Shown here: positions 11,047 through 23,570 of the stretch, piece after piece | Numbering within the stretch: position 1 is the first letter of the stretch | Layout of the letters: every line of letters begins with the position of its first letter | Assembly (NCBI GenBank): GCA_018398765.1 | Contig: JAHBMJ010000451.1 | Span: 1-47,540 of the forward strand | Source of the DNA: Chromera velia | Lineage: Eukaryota | Reading direction: 5' to 3' | DNA length: 47,540 nt | Notes under the pieces: model-generated | Seen by the model: the letters and a program-made list of their open reading frames with translations, nothing else | What the model was told of the DNA's origin: nothing | Database searches by the model: none | Made by a program: the position numbers and the translations under genes

Positions 11047-13172
11047 CGCGTGCGTGCGTGCGTGCGTGCGTAAGAGAGAAAGAGAGAGTGGGACAGAGAG
11101 GAAGGATGACACTTGTGCTTTGTGTTCGAAAGAAAGCTGCTTCTCTTGGCCCCTTCCCTTCCTGCAGCTTCTTTTGTCAAAGTCGGCAACAGAGGAGAAA
11201 GTTGCGGTCCTGCAGTCGATTGCTTCCAGTGCCGGTTAGCAACTCTGTCTTTCTCTCACTTGTTCATTCGTTTGCTTCCTTCCTTTCTTCGTTTCTTCCC
11301 CTCCCCCCCCCCNNNNNNNNNNNNNNNNNNNNNNNNNNNNNNNNNNNNNNNNNNNNNNNNNNNNNNNNNNNNNNNNNNNNNNNNNNNNCCCCCCGACCTC
11401 TCTCTGTCTCTGTGTGCGTGTGTCCGTCCGTCCGCCGTCTGCCTGCACGGAGGCAGGTGCCAGGCCATTTTAGATTTTTGCCTCTGCCTTAGAGTGCGTG
11501 CATGTACCTCCTCTGTCTGTCTTGCTCTGTGGCCCTCATTTTTCCCCCAGCACCCCATGCGTCTGCCTTTTGGCGAAACAAATATTATTAAGTGAAAACT
11601 CAGAGCGACACACTTGGAAAGTGGGAGCGAAATGTCGTTTCTCAGCTTTTTCTTCCCCCCGTTCCTCTTCCTGCATGCAGGCTGTCCACAGGTCAGAAGG
11701 GGGGCCGGAGACCTGATGACGGGGGTGAAAGAATTTGACGGATGGTTGCAGGCAGAGACGCAAATACAAATGGCGATGAAAAACAACACAAAGGGAGACA
11801 AGACATTCAGAGGAGGATGGATGAAGAACCAGGGAAATGTCTCCGGAATAGGTCTCGCCTTTGCTTCTTTCTGTTTTTTGCTGTTGTCAGTTGATTTGTC
11901 TCACAGAAACAGTGACGTGCCCAAACCCGTGCACAAGCTCGATCTATTTGCTTGATTCCTGTTCCTTTTCCACCCGTCCTTTCTCAATTTGTGCTTCGCA
12001 GGTTGTTTGTTTTAATTTTCCGCATGACTGACCAATTGATCTGAAGCATCTGATCCCTCTGGCAGATTTTCCTTCCACACCCGTACCTCTCCACATGCAG
12101 TGCCGTCGGAAGGCGTCCCCCCTCCAGCAACGCTCCCGGGATTCTGTAGGGTCGACTGCGAGTGCCAGCGGCCTCATCTCCATGGGACACAGCCAGACGT
12201 CAGCGGCAGTAGCGGCGGCAGCAGTGAAAGCGAGCAGCCCGAGACCGAATCTTGAGGAAGAAGTCGAAGGGGGGGTGAGTGTCCATTTCAGTTTGATGAG
12301 AATTTTAGAGCCCTACTGGGAAAGAGGGGGGGGCTGTTGTCAGATTCCTCGTTTTCCCGCCCTTCTCTGTCTCTCTGTTGATCTATCTGTCTATCTGTTC
12401 CTTCCTTTCCTTCGCTCTTCATTTTCCTTTCGGAATTATTGTGCGTGTAGGGGTCCTTATGTATGTCTGCACTCGCACTCCGAACACAAAAGAGCCGTGT
12501 CAAAGAAATGGTCTTGTATCATGCCTCTCTTTTTCTGAACGCTGCACTGCTGAGAAAAGAGGGGAAGCGCTGTTCTGCAGCTAGAGAGGGCGACCGTCCA
12601 CTTGTGTTCCATTCTTCCTACTTTCCAGGATGTTGTGCAAGAAAGAGCCTCTGCCGGGCTTGAAACCCCCACCCTCTTTCGTTCCCGAAACCGATGCACA
12701 TGTGCTTGATTTATGTGTGGAAAAATAGGCGAGAAGAAGAACAGTGAATGTCAATCAAATGCCTGTGCCCCCTCCTTTTTGCGGACGATGCAGATTGCCC
12801 CCCTTTGCGACGCAGCCGAGCGTGGAGACTTCGAGAGAGTGCGTGAGTTGTTGATCTCCGACGAAGACATCGACGTCTCGCAGTGCGATATCGTCAGTCG
12901 CTTCGCTCGAACAGTGGGTGGGAGAGGCTGAATGAGTGCGCTGCATGCTGATGGGCTGCTTCAGGAAGATGGACGGAAAGGTCCTTTGCATCGGCCTCGT
13001 TGGAAACCTTGCTCGGTCTCTGTCCAAGAGTGTTTCTTCGATCTGTAAATGTCTCCTCGAACTCCAGCCTTCCTATGTGCTGTCATTGGGTTCCCTTCAA
13101 ATCTGTCATACCTGCTTTTTTGTGCAAATGGACAGCACAGAATTCTGCATGATACTGATTTTGTGTTTGTCT

Positions 13173-13205
<33 letters not shown>

Positions 13206-13250
13206 TGTGCGTCTGTGCGTCTGTGTGCGTCTGTGTGCGTCTGTGTGCGT

Positions 13251-13294
<44 letters not shown>

Positions 13295-13354
13295 GTGTGT
13301 GTGTGTATGTATGTATGTGTGTGTGTGTGTATGTATGTATGTGTGTGTGTGTGT

Positions 13355-13394
<40 letters not shown>

Positions 13395-13944
13395 GTGTGT
13401 ATGTATGTGTATGTGTATGTGTATGTATGTGTATGTGTGTGTATGTGTATGTTTACGTGTGAGTGTGAGTGGGTGTGTATGTGTGTGTGTGTGTGTGTGT
13501 GCAGCTTGGAAGAACGGCACTACACTGGACTGCCTTCTGGGGGGCAGAGGCAGAGACGTCATTGCTGCTGGGGAGGGGAGCAAACGTGAACGCCAGAAAC
13601 GATGTAAGGGGGTCGGGACAGTGGTTTGGTCAGATTTTTTGTGTCGACAGGTTTTTTGTTCTTCGCGTATGTATCTTGGTCATGGTGGTGGAAGGCAAAT
13701 CAGAAGAGATAAAACGTTTGTTTTTTTTTCTTTGTTGCGCAACTCTTTTTCACGCCCACATTGTCTTCCTTTGTGGAAAGGTAGACGAATTAGACGAGAA
13801 TCTCTCCTTCAGAACTTCGCTTCTGTGTCTCCTGTCTCACCTCTAATCTCTCTGCTGGCGCCCGTGTGAGTGCATTTGCCTCCATCTCTGCGTATTGCTG
13901 TTTGCTTATGGCGGTCCTTTCTTTCCTCCTTTTCTCCATCGCTC

Positions 13945-13975
<31 letters not shown>

Positions 13976-14320
13976 TTTTTTTTTACAGTCTGTCTTGTCA
14001 CCCCATCTATTGCTCTCTAATAGAAGCCTTTGTCTGCCCCCTCTCCCTGTCTTTGGCTGGGGGTCTCTCTCACTTCCTTGTTTGCTCGAATTCCTGTTCC
14101 CCCTGTCTGTGTGCGTGCGAATCAATGAGTCTTTTGCCTATGCAACGTACGTGCAGGACCAGAACACCCCGCTTCATGTCGCAGCCCACAAGGGACAGGT
14201 GGCGGTTGCGTCGATTCTGTTGGAAAGCGGGGCAGACGTCAACGCCAGGAATTGCGTGAGTCCTTTTTCTGTTTATGTGCGTGCTTGTTTCAACTCTTTA
14301 GTTGAGGCACCCGGCGCACT

Positions 14321-14387
<67 letters not shown>

Positions 14388-14756
14388 GAAGGGGAGAGAG
14401 GTATGCGTAGACGTGACATAGCCGCTTGGAAAGCAGGAAGCAAGTGAGCTAGGAAGGAAGGAAAGAATCTTGAGGGTCATCCTTGAGTGTGTGTGTCTTT
14501 GCCGCTTTCCACTGGGACACAAACGTCTCTCTCAAGTTCTCTCGAAGCAGATTCTTGACGTCAATGTTCGGCGCATGTTCTGCGACGAGAATTGATGGAC
14601 GTATGCTCCAGGTGTGCCGTCAACATCCCTCACTCTCTCCTTTCATTTTTTATTCACATCTGCCCGCAGTACGGAGAGACCCCCTTGGCAGTCGCCCAGG
14701 AGTGGGAGCGGCACGATGTCGCGTCCCTTCTCGTTGAGCATGGGGGCAAGGTCTGA
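10271..14756 (+). CDS. Ankyrin-repeat protein (4 C-terminal ANK repeats), multi-exon
   Basis: Exons 10271-10438, 10552-10596, 11168-11234, ~11681-11850 and ~12101/12151-12274 (the last two uncertain, near an N gap). Then 12794-12892 ([12 protein letters not shown]), 13505-13603 ([21 protein letters not shown]), 14157-14255 ([21 protein letters not shown]) and 14670-14756 ([12 protein letters not shown]). All GT-AG. Confidence 0.85.
11313..11388. other. Assembly gap (76 N) flanked by poly-C
   Basis: Run of N. Confidence 0.99.
13175..13501. repeat. Intronic TG/TGTA/GCGTCTGT compound microsatellite
   Basis: Direct inspection; explains the spurious CV/HT-rich ORFs. Confidence 0.95.
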
Positions 14757-15760
14757 TGATGCGAATTCAATCCGTGCAACCGGGAGCTATTCCTTGACCA
14801 CCTGTTTGGTTGAGCAGACGGTATACCCTGCATGCCTGTCTTTCTCAGAGGGCCGAACACTGAATTTGTTTGTTGGAGGCACTAGCGACGCGTAGCGAAG
14901 TGAAGCTGCGTTCAGCTGTTAGCCTTTAACAGCATGGTCACTGTGTGCACTGTGCATGCAGGCCGGTGTGTGCTAGGCTGTGTGCTTTTTTATACTAACG
15001 ATCGGAACATGATTTCTGTCCATAATAGTCCTATAGGTATAGTAATAAAAAAGCCGAAACTCGTTTTATCACCGATAGCAATGAAAAAAGCAATGTAACC
15101 ACATAGGATGAAGTTGATTTTGATTGATTCGGATTATAAAACAAAACCAGATAAAAGGTCTAACAATTAAAAATTATAGACTTCGAGTTAATTCCGAGCC
15201 TCGTTCTGAGCTTAATTGGTCACACGGTTATTATAATGCAGGTCATATTTGCTAGGCTCCGACGGCTATAGGCATTCATTCAAAAAAAAAATTAGGATTG
15301 TATCTAGAATTCGAGTTTTTACTTACAGTTTTATCCTAGGTTATCCTAGGTTTAATTGAAGCTTAATTGATCCCAGAGTTTTAAATTTTCTAGTAATTAA
15401 GGGGCAATTAAAGCCTAGAATTACGCCTTCAACTGAGTATATAATATATATCCGGACGAGGCGGCGGGCTAGGCGGCGGGAGATAATAGACCATGCACAC
15501 TAATTATAAAACGTTACAAAAACGTACTAAGAAAACCTCTAGGAGTCTAGATAACATGATTGCATAAAGATCATAGGACTGCAAGGCTGCAAGGTCCAAG
15601 CAGCTGACTATGTCCTCCGGCACATTATAGTACAGAACCACGTACGCAGCCAGCCTAGCAGCCACACTTCAAGTCAAACGGTGAATTTGTCGCATTTTCT
15701 GGCTTACTGCATGCCACACTGCATTGTAAATGTTCTCCAATTCATGCAGGCAACGCCACT

Positions 15761-16046
15761 CTACCCGGTGCAACACCCCCCATCTTCTCCCCCTCTGCAA
15801 CACCTCTGACACCTATGAGAGAGCCTAACCCCCGATCCTCTCCTTGCAGGTCCATCCGAAGGCAGACTTCCGTTCAGCAGACCCTCAGCCTCCATCTCGC
15901 TCAGCCCATCATGCGTACTTGCCTGAAAAAAAATAGTTTGAATATATGGGGGACTGTGAACGCAACACGGCGTTTACAAAAGCCCTCAAAAAAGTGACCG
16001 TTTCCCACTGTGAACGGCTTTTAAACAAATACAGCGTATTGAAAAC

Positions 16047-16094
<48 letters not shown>

Positions 16095-16103
16095 TGTGTG
16101 TGT

Positions 16104-16138
<35 letters not shown>

Positions 16139-17467
16139 TGTCCAGTTTTTCCGCCCAACCCGCCAGTGGATGACAAACCCAAAACGAGGGACACCAACAA
16201 AGCAATGCATCCACCAAGTACATCTACGGAAGCGCCCTCGGGGAAGACGAAAAGCCGGTGAAGGAGGAAAGAAAGCGAAAGAGAGAAACGGTCACGCGGC
16301 AGAAAGGGAGAGAGAGTTGAATCGTGTGTCGTGCAGACAAGAGAAAACGACTCGAATCCCAGCCTGGATCGCTAGACGCTTCGAAGAGAGAAGAAAAGGG
16401 AATTCAATTTCGGAAAGCAAAAGAAAGAGATTATGAGAGAAAACAGCCCGAAGTAGAAAGAAAAGGCGAGATAGTCTGCATCGTCCATCAAAAAATGAAT
16501 GAGCAATCGTCCCGTGTACTGTCTTTTGCCCTTTCACCTCAGGAGGACAAGCGGACAAAAATGGATGTATGAAGAAGAGAAGTGACAGACCTTCAAAAGA
16601 CGCATGCGATCTCGCTTCACCACTGATCTGCACACGTATTTTCCAACTTTTCTTCAGATTTAGACAGCAAAAGTGCATACGAGCGTGGTGCTGTTCTCTC
16701 TCCCTCTCCACCTCCCCCTCCCCCTCCCGCTCCCTCTCTCTTTCGATCGGAGTGCGGAGGTGGCTAGGGGTGTGCGTTTGGAAGTGGGAGACGTTTAATT
16801 GCAGCAAGAATGTGGGACAGGGAGAGGCAAAGGGAAATTTGTCAAGAAAAGTCTGACAGGAGGAAATTGGTAGGTGGAGTGCTAAGGAAAGGCGGTAAGC
16901 GGGACGAGTGGAGAAAAAAGGCAACTCAGAGAGGAAGAGAGACACCAAAAAGCGGTGGTCTGCCCGTTTCACATCCATGGAGGTTGTGCTTCCTCATCGA
17001 ACAGTACAGTGGGTAATCGACTGACTCGATTGGACGAGAAAAGTTCGCCCCGAGAAAAAAAAATCTCACGTTTACTTTCTTCAATAAAACTGCATTCATA
17101 TTCTCCTTCCATCCGAATCATTGAATTAAAACGTTCTTATCCATCCATCCATGGACTGACTCGACAAGTCTGGAGACTGCGGCATCGACCCCGGATCCGG
17201 TCTTTGCAGAGACGAACATCGTGTCGGCATCGTCGCTCAGACCGCACAGACGAGCTCGGGCCTGCATTGAATCCATCAAGTGTGAACAAGTGAGCGGGCA
17301 CGCAATTCAAAACAAAACAGCGAGTCGGCGCATCAAGTAAGTAAGTGCGTGTGTGTGTGAGAGAGACAGTTGATTGAGCGAGTGAGAGAGTGACAATCTG
17401 CGAACTGACCCTCAAGATCCGTTCAACGTGCTGTCTTTCTTCCAGAGATCGTAGAAGGTCCGCCTGC

Positions 17468-17540
<73 letters not shown>

Positions 17541-19704
17541 GAGAGAACACGGCAGTTTGGCCCCTTGGGACCCTTTCTCTCCTCGCCCGGCAACCATCTT
17601 TCTGAGAATGACCCTGCCTGTCAGCCTGTATCCACACCAACGCCAAGTGCCAAATCCACTCTGTGTGTCATCCGCAGTCATGCAGAACAAGGAATGAAAA
17701 ACCGCAGATCGAATTGCCACATCGACTCACCTTATTTGCCACAAAAACAGAGGGCACAGAGGTGCCGTCTCCCATCGACACCCAGGAGTCCAGCCTCTCC
17801 TTCCACCTGCGCACAGACAATGAGAACATAACAATACTCCGAAGAGAAAAGAAACGACTGCCATGATGGAGATAAACCATTACAGAACGAAGACACAGCT
17901 TCCAGAAGGCGAACTCCTCCGTCCACTCGCACACAGGCCCAAACAATACAAAATGAACGCGCATATTTTCTGCGGCTTTAGGGTGTAAGTCAACTCACAC
18001 AGTCACTTGACACTAAGGCACACAGATGCGTGTTCCCTGCAGTCCATTGTCCATTCACAGAGAGAGCCTACCAACCGTTGTCTGATAGACAGTCAAAGAG
18101 GAAAAACCCAAACAAAAGGGCGTCACTGCGCGCATCCACTCTTCTCTCTTGTTCTGTCCTGTTTGTCAGACTGCAGTACTCACTCGGCTGCAGCGTCGAT
18201 GCTCTCGGGTCTGGTTGCGTCGCACACCTGCATTTTCAAGGATTGAGAGCAAGGCGGTGCATGGGGGGGAAGTGACAGCTGTGGAGACATCAAGAGGGGG
18301 GAAGAAGAAGAGGGCATGGAGAGGAAAAAGAGAGAGATGCGAAGCAGTGAAGGCGCAAGCAGGCAAGGAATAAAGAAGACTCGAGCAGAAAAAGATAGGT
18401 CGATAACTCTCGGTAGAAGAGAAAACTGCAAATGGATAGGAAAGATACAGCCAGACAGAGGAAGAACGATGCATGGATGATGCGGGGAATTCAGGGGACG
18501 GAAGCTTGGTTGGAGGCACAGGCCGACAGGAAGGGAAGGAGGCACAAAAAGGGATACCGGTTTGACTGACCAATAGAAGTCCCGCAACGTCTCGACACAA
18601 AAGCCTGTTCATGCCCCCGAGCCTTTCTTGACCTGCAGGAAAACAAATGCATTGCTTATATGTTCTGTTTGTCTAGAAGCCTGCCCGAGAGAAGATGCAC
18701 AGAAACAAACCTTACGTGAAGGTGTGCACCGTCCAAAGCCTGATAAGGCACGCATCCAGCAGCAAGTTCACAAAGCACTCTCTCTTCGTCAAGGTAGAGA
18801 AAAAAACTCTGCCTTTGTCTGAATGCCAGTTGCTTCTGTCAGACTGACCAGGAACGTCCCAGAGTTGCAGTTGGAAGAGTTCTTTCTCGACTTTCACTGG
18901 CTTCGTTTCGAAGTCAACCACTCTGCAGACATTTTTGAAAATTTCACTTTGTATACACGATGTGTATGTACGCATGCGAACCTTCTGATTATCGATCCTC
19001 ACGGCTCTGGATGCAAAGTCAACCCCTCTGCACATGAGCAATTTGATACAGACTAAAAAGAACAGGAGACTCTCGTGGAAAACAGTCATCATTGAATGAA
19101 TGAAACCAGGATCATGTGGTCGATCGTCGGATGAGTATCTGGGGAAAGAAGGGGGCTGGTGTGTGGGGACGAATAATGTCAGAAGATAAAGGGGGGGCGA
19201 AGAGAAAGGCGGATTTCGAGTACGAAGTTCCACTGAAAACGCATGTGTCCGACACCTCTTCGCTCTGGCCCTATGAACGCGTGCGAGCCACCTGCCTGAC
19301 TTGGATCTGATGGAGGGCGCCGGGAAGCTTCCGGTTGCTGTCCTCACGATCAGACTGCTCTTTCCGGCCCCTGACTGCACACGCACCACACGAATCATTT
19401 AATTCACAGGATGAAACCTTCATCTGACAGATGAAAGGGTCTCTCTATGGCAGAAGCAGAGGCGGTCCGGGAAGATGCATCACATCTCTGACTGGTTGCT
19501 TCAGGCAAACCAAGAAGAAACACAAACAAAGCTGGAACTGGCTAGGGATCACTGAAAACAGAAAAGATACTGTGCATCAAGGCGACGAGACGGCTGAGAA
19601 GGTCACAGAAGAAGACGCACCTCTCCAAGCACGAGAATCTTCACAGCAGAAGATTCAAACTGTCCATTGGCAACTGCTGCTTGGGGATAGGTGTCTGTAC
19701 TCAT
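15761..19704 (-). CDS. Rab small GTPase, Rab32/38/29-like, 10 exons
   Basis: Phase-consistent exons 19704-19621, 19374-19292, 18922-18849, 18632-18571, 18227-18184, 17806-17731, 17463-17410, 17261-17161, 16627-16591 and 15922-15761. They give KILVLGESGAGKS (G1), LQLWDVPGQERLGGM (G3), WKERLDSWV..DG..VPSVFVANKAD (G4, Rab32-like context), VSAKTG (G5) and a C-terminal CCTG-stop prenylation motif. Confidence 0.9.
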
Positions 19705-20358
19705 ATTGAAGAGACAAAGAGAAGGAACAAGGAGCACAAAGCTGGCGTTTGCCGTCTCCGACAACGCGATCGGTCTGATGTGTACGTTCACTGAGCTGCT
19801 AGCAAGATGAGCTCGCAGCAGCACGGCCAGGTTTGGACAGACTTAAGTGAGACAGTTGCATGCTAGTCTACTGTCGAGAATCACGTCTCTTTGTCTGTGG
19901 TCCCATGTAACTCATCCAGGGTGTGTTCTTTTTCGAAATGTTACTTGGTCATCCATGCATGCAGGGTGTTTTGATATGTAGACGGCCGGCCAGTACTGGA
20001 ATTTCCGCGCGCCTTTTTCTTTTTGCGAAAAACGGGGCGCGCGCGCTCGAGCGAATTACCGCAATTATGAATTTCTGAATTTTCTAACGCCGCGGTCGAC
20101 GCGCTGCATGGAAATATTTCGATCTTCGAGCAATTTCGAGCAACTCGAGCATGCATGCACATGCTCAGCTTTGTTGACTCCTCTGGCCAACTTCTGGACA
20201 AACGGGCGTCTTACCAAAGCTAGCGTGTGTGTGAAAACGAGGAACACCTGTACCATCCGAGAACAGCTCGTCCAGGCCGGAGCAAATCGAGAGTCGCCTC
20301 AGTGAGTGTGCTTGCGTATCTTTTGACACCTCCTCGACTCCTTACCTTGCTTCTCAAA
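19705..20358. promoter_or_regulatory. Candidate bidirectional promoter/5'UTR region (Rab <- -> SLC4)
   Basis: 654 bp between divergent starts. CATGCATGCA at ~19954, GCATGCATGCA at ~20149, CGCGCG at ~20038 and repeated TCGAGCA. Confidence 0.5.
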
Positions 20359-22794
20359 ATGACCAAGCTTGAACACTCTAGCACCATGAACCGCTCCAGT
20401 TCGACTGTGAACGAGTTCGGACTGGAAGGCGGTCCAGGTCAAGGCTCTGAAACGTTTTCTGTCATGAAGCCGGCAGGCCACGAGGACGACAACGTTCCTC
20501 TGTGGCGTCCCTTCGGCCAGGGGTTTATGGAGGACCTGAGGAACAAACTGCCCTGGTACTGGAGCGACATCAAAGATGGGCTTCGGTTCAAGTCCCTCGC
20601 TACTGTGCTCTACCTCTTCTGGGGTAGCATCGCCAATGCAGTTGCGTTCGGGTCCGTTCTCGGACGTGCAACAAACGGACAGATCGGTGCAACGGAAACC
20701 CTCCTTGCAACCGCTGCTCTGGGGATGGTCTACCCTCTTCTTTGCGGTCAGCCTCTGACCATCATGGGCGCTACAGGACCAATCATGGCGTATATCATTG
20801 CCCTGCGCACTCTGTGTCTGGGTCTTGGGATCAACTTCCTTGCCTTCTACGCGTGGAGCGGGATCTTCCTTTCGGGGTTCCTCTTCCTCGGGGCCATGTT
20901 CAGTCTGTCTAACGCCATCAAACTGGTCACCAGGTTCACTGAGGAACTGTTCTCTGTGCTCATCTCGGTGATCTACATCTATGAGGGCATGTTCTACTTC
21001 GTCCAACTGTTCACGAACTCAGAAGGTGGGTCAGGCAAAATAAAATTTACATACATGTATGTTTGTCTCTCCGCAACATGTGTTTTTCACATGCCCCACG
21101 CACAAATCTGATCTGTTTCGACAACGGCACATTCTCTGTGTTCCAACTGCTTGGTGATTGTAAACGCAAGCTAGGACACAGGCTGTTACTTTTGTAGCCC
21201 GGCACGAATTCCCTGCTCTATTTTTTTTTCTCCTCGAATGTTTCCGCCTTCATCGCCCCCCGCCCTTTCGTTTCTGAATCATATCTTCTGTGGTAGAGTC
21301 ACCTGCATGCTTGTTCAGTCTCTCTGCCTGCTACTTCGGCATTTGATTCTCCTCAGGTCTGTGCTGCTCCATTAAAAAAATGAATATCTCTGTGCGCTCT
21401 CTCTTCCTCTGCCCTCACCGATCCGCAGTGACCCACGGAGAGGCCAAGGCCGGCATCCTGGTGGGTCTTCTGACGTTCTTCACAGCTCTGAGCATCCGAT
21501 ACTCCAGGGACGGCCGTCTGTTCAACCAGTGGTTCCGCAACAAGATGGCAGACTTCGCACCTGTGATCGCCATCATCCTCGGTATCGGTGCCGCATGGTC
21601 GGTCGGTCTGTCTGTGTACCAGGACTCTTCAGTTCTTTCCTTACGTGAATGCATTCCTCCTTCTCTCGTCCATCTGTCTCACAACTTCAATGTTACTCTG
21701 CACTTGCTTGCCCTCCAGGCTTACTGTTTTCTGTAGATTCTCACATGTTTTTTCACTCCTGTTTGCCCCCCGCTCTCTCCCTCTGTAGGATTCTGATTGG
21801 TCACTACGGCATCAACAAGGTCGACCTGGACTTCCTCAACATGACCGAGGGCGGCATCTTCCAGACCACCCTGAGCACCGACGTGCGCCCCTGGGTTGTC
21901 GACCTCAGCGACATCTCTGCTGGTGGGATTGCCCTGGCTGCTCTGGGCGGTCTGTTGGCATTCGTGATGGTCTACTTCGACCAGAACATCACCGTGCGTC
22001 TGGTCAACGCCCGACAGCACATGCTGAAGAAGGGAGGAGGGTACGACATGGACATGATGGCGCTGTGCATCTGCACTATCCTTCTGTCCCTCGTCGGATG
22101 TCCCTGGATGGTCTCTGCCACCGTCCCCTCCCTGAATCACTGCCGTTCCCTGTGTCTGATCGGGAACGAGGAAAACAAAGAAGAGACCGACGAGGACAAG
22201 GAACAGAACGAGGCACACTCCAGAGAGGTTCTCGAGAGGATCAAGACCATGGTCGAGGCCCAGGACAAACCCAACGTACCCACACTCCAACAGACCAAGA
22301 CACTCCCCGTCGAAAGTGCTAACGCTGAAGCAGAGGGAGAGGCAGAAGGAGATGAGCCTCAGCAGGAGGAAGACCTTGAGGCTGGCCCTGTGGTTCTTCC
22401 CTCAGTGGCCTCTGAGATCAAAACCACCCGTCTGCCCACCCAGAAAAGCCATCTGGAGATTGTGCGAGACATTCACAACACCGCCAAGTGGGCTGTCGAG
22501 ATGCTGGCCCTGCCTGCGGGCACAGGCATCACTGGGTGTGTGGAGCAGCGTGTCACTGCCTTCACCATCCATCTTCTGATCCTCCTTGCCCTCCTCTTCG
22601 GTCGAGTCGCTCTGGCTGCCATCCCTATGGCTGTGCTCAGAGGGCTGTTCCTCTACTCTGGGTACACGAACCTCTCCGGAAACGAGTTCTGGGAGAGACT
22701 CTGGCTGCCCATCACCGACAAGAACAAGAGACCCGACAGGAGCTACACCAGGGTTGTGCCTCTCTGGAGAACCCATGTGTGGACACTTATTCAG

Positions 22795-22841
<47 letters not shown>

Positions 22842-23570
22842 GGTTTGTCTATCTGTTTGTCTGTCAGTCTGTGTTCATGAAGAAAAGGAGGGAGAAGAAG
22901 AAACATATCGTCCCTCTGTCTGTCTGCGCCAAAAGAAGGAAGAAAGAAAAAAACTGAAGAGAATGAAACAAGAGAAAAAGGGAAAGAAAAGACGATATAG
23001 TCTGTCTGCATGAAGAAAAGAAGGGAGAAGAACAAACATGTAGTCTGTCTGTCTGCGTCTTTGTCTCGCAAGTGGAAAGCAAAAGAGAGGAGAAGAGAAG
23101 GAAACACGGCGCCTTTCTGTTGCATCCGTTGCGAAAGAGGAAAAGATACCGCACAGTTTGTCTCTTTGACTCATCGTCTTTTTCGGGGTGTCTCTCGGTA
23201 TGTTCTTCTCTTTTTGCTATGTGGGGTCTTTCTGTCTCCATTTGCTGTCTGAATTCCTCTGCCCATGTGTTTTCTTTTCTTCAGGGAGCGCTCTGTATGA
23301 AAGAATTCTGTCTGAATTCCTCTGCCCATGTGTGTATGTGCGTGGGTGTGGTCAGGCTCTGTCTCTCTCTTTGTCTCTGTTTGTGTTCTCCTGATTTGCT
23401 TGCTTTGTTGATTGCAGGTCGGAATGCTGATTGCGATTGTCGCGTTGATGCGTTCCCCTGTTGGGTTTGTGTTTCCTGTGATCATCGGTCTTCTTCATCC
23501 TCTCCGTCTCGTCTTGGGCAGGTGGTTCTACTCAGAGGATGAACTCGAGAAGGTGGACTCCCATTTCTGA
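20359..23570 (+). CDS. SLC4/BOR-family (HCO3_cotransp) bicarbonate/borate-type anion transporter, without the large N-terminal cytoplasmic domain
   Basis: Exons 20359-21025, 21429-21597, 21789-22794 and 23418-23570, phases consistent. Family motifs: [100 protein letters not shown]. Confidence 0.93.

Noticed and set aside
12936..13869. Cys/Val- and His/Thr-rich ORFs (also 6048-6486, 10763-11492, 31302-31914, 34532-36512)
   Set aside because: Translations of microsatellites, not metal-binding or membrane proteins.
15026..15581. Possible TIR pair TAGTCCTATA / CATAGGACTG
   Set aside because: Short match with no target-site duplication; boundaries unsupported.
20299..21006. 235-aa minus-strand ORF
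   Set aside because: Antisense shadow of codon-biased SLC4 exon 1.
23245..23333. 26-bp direct repeat in SLC4 intron 3
   Set aside because: Local duplication with no TE or RNA hallmarks.
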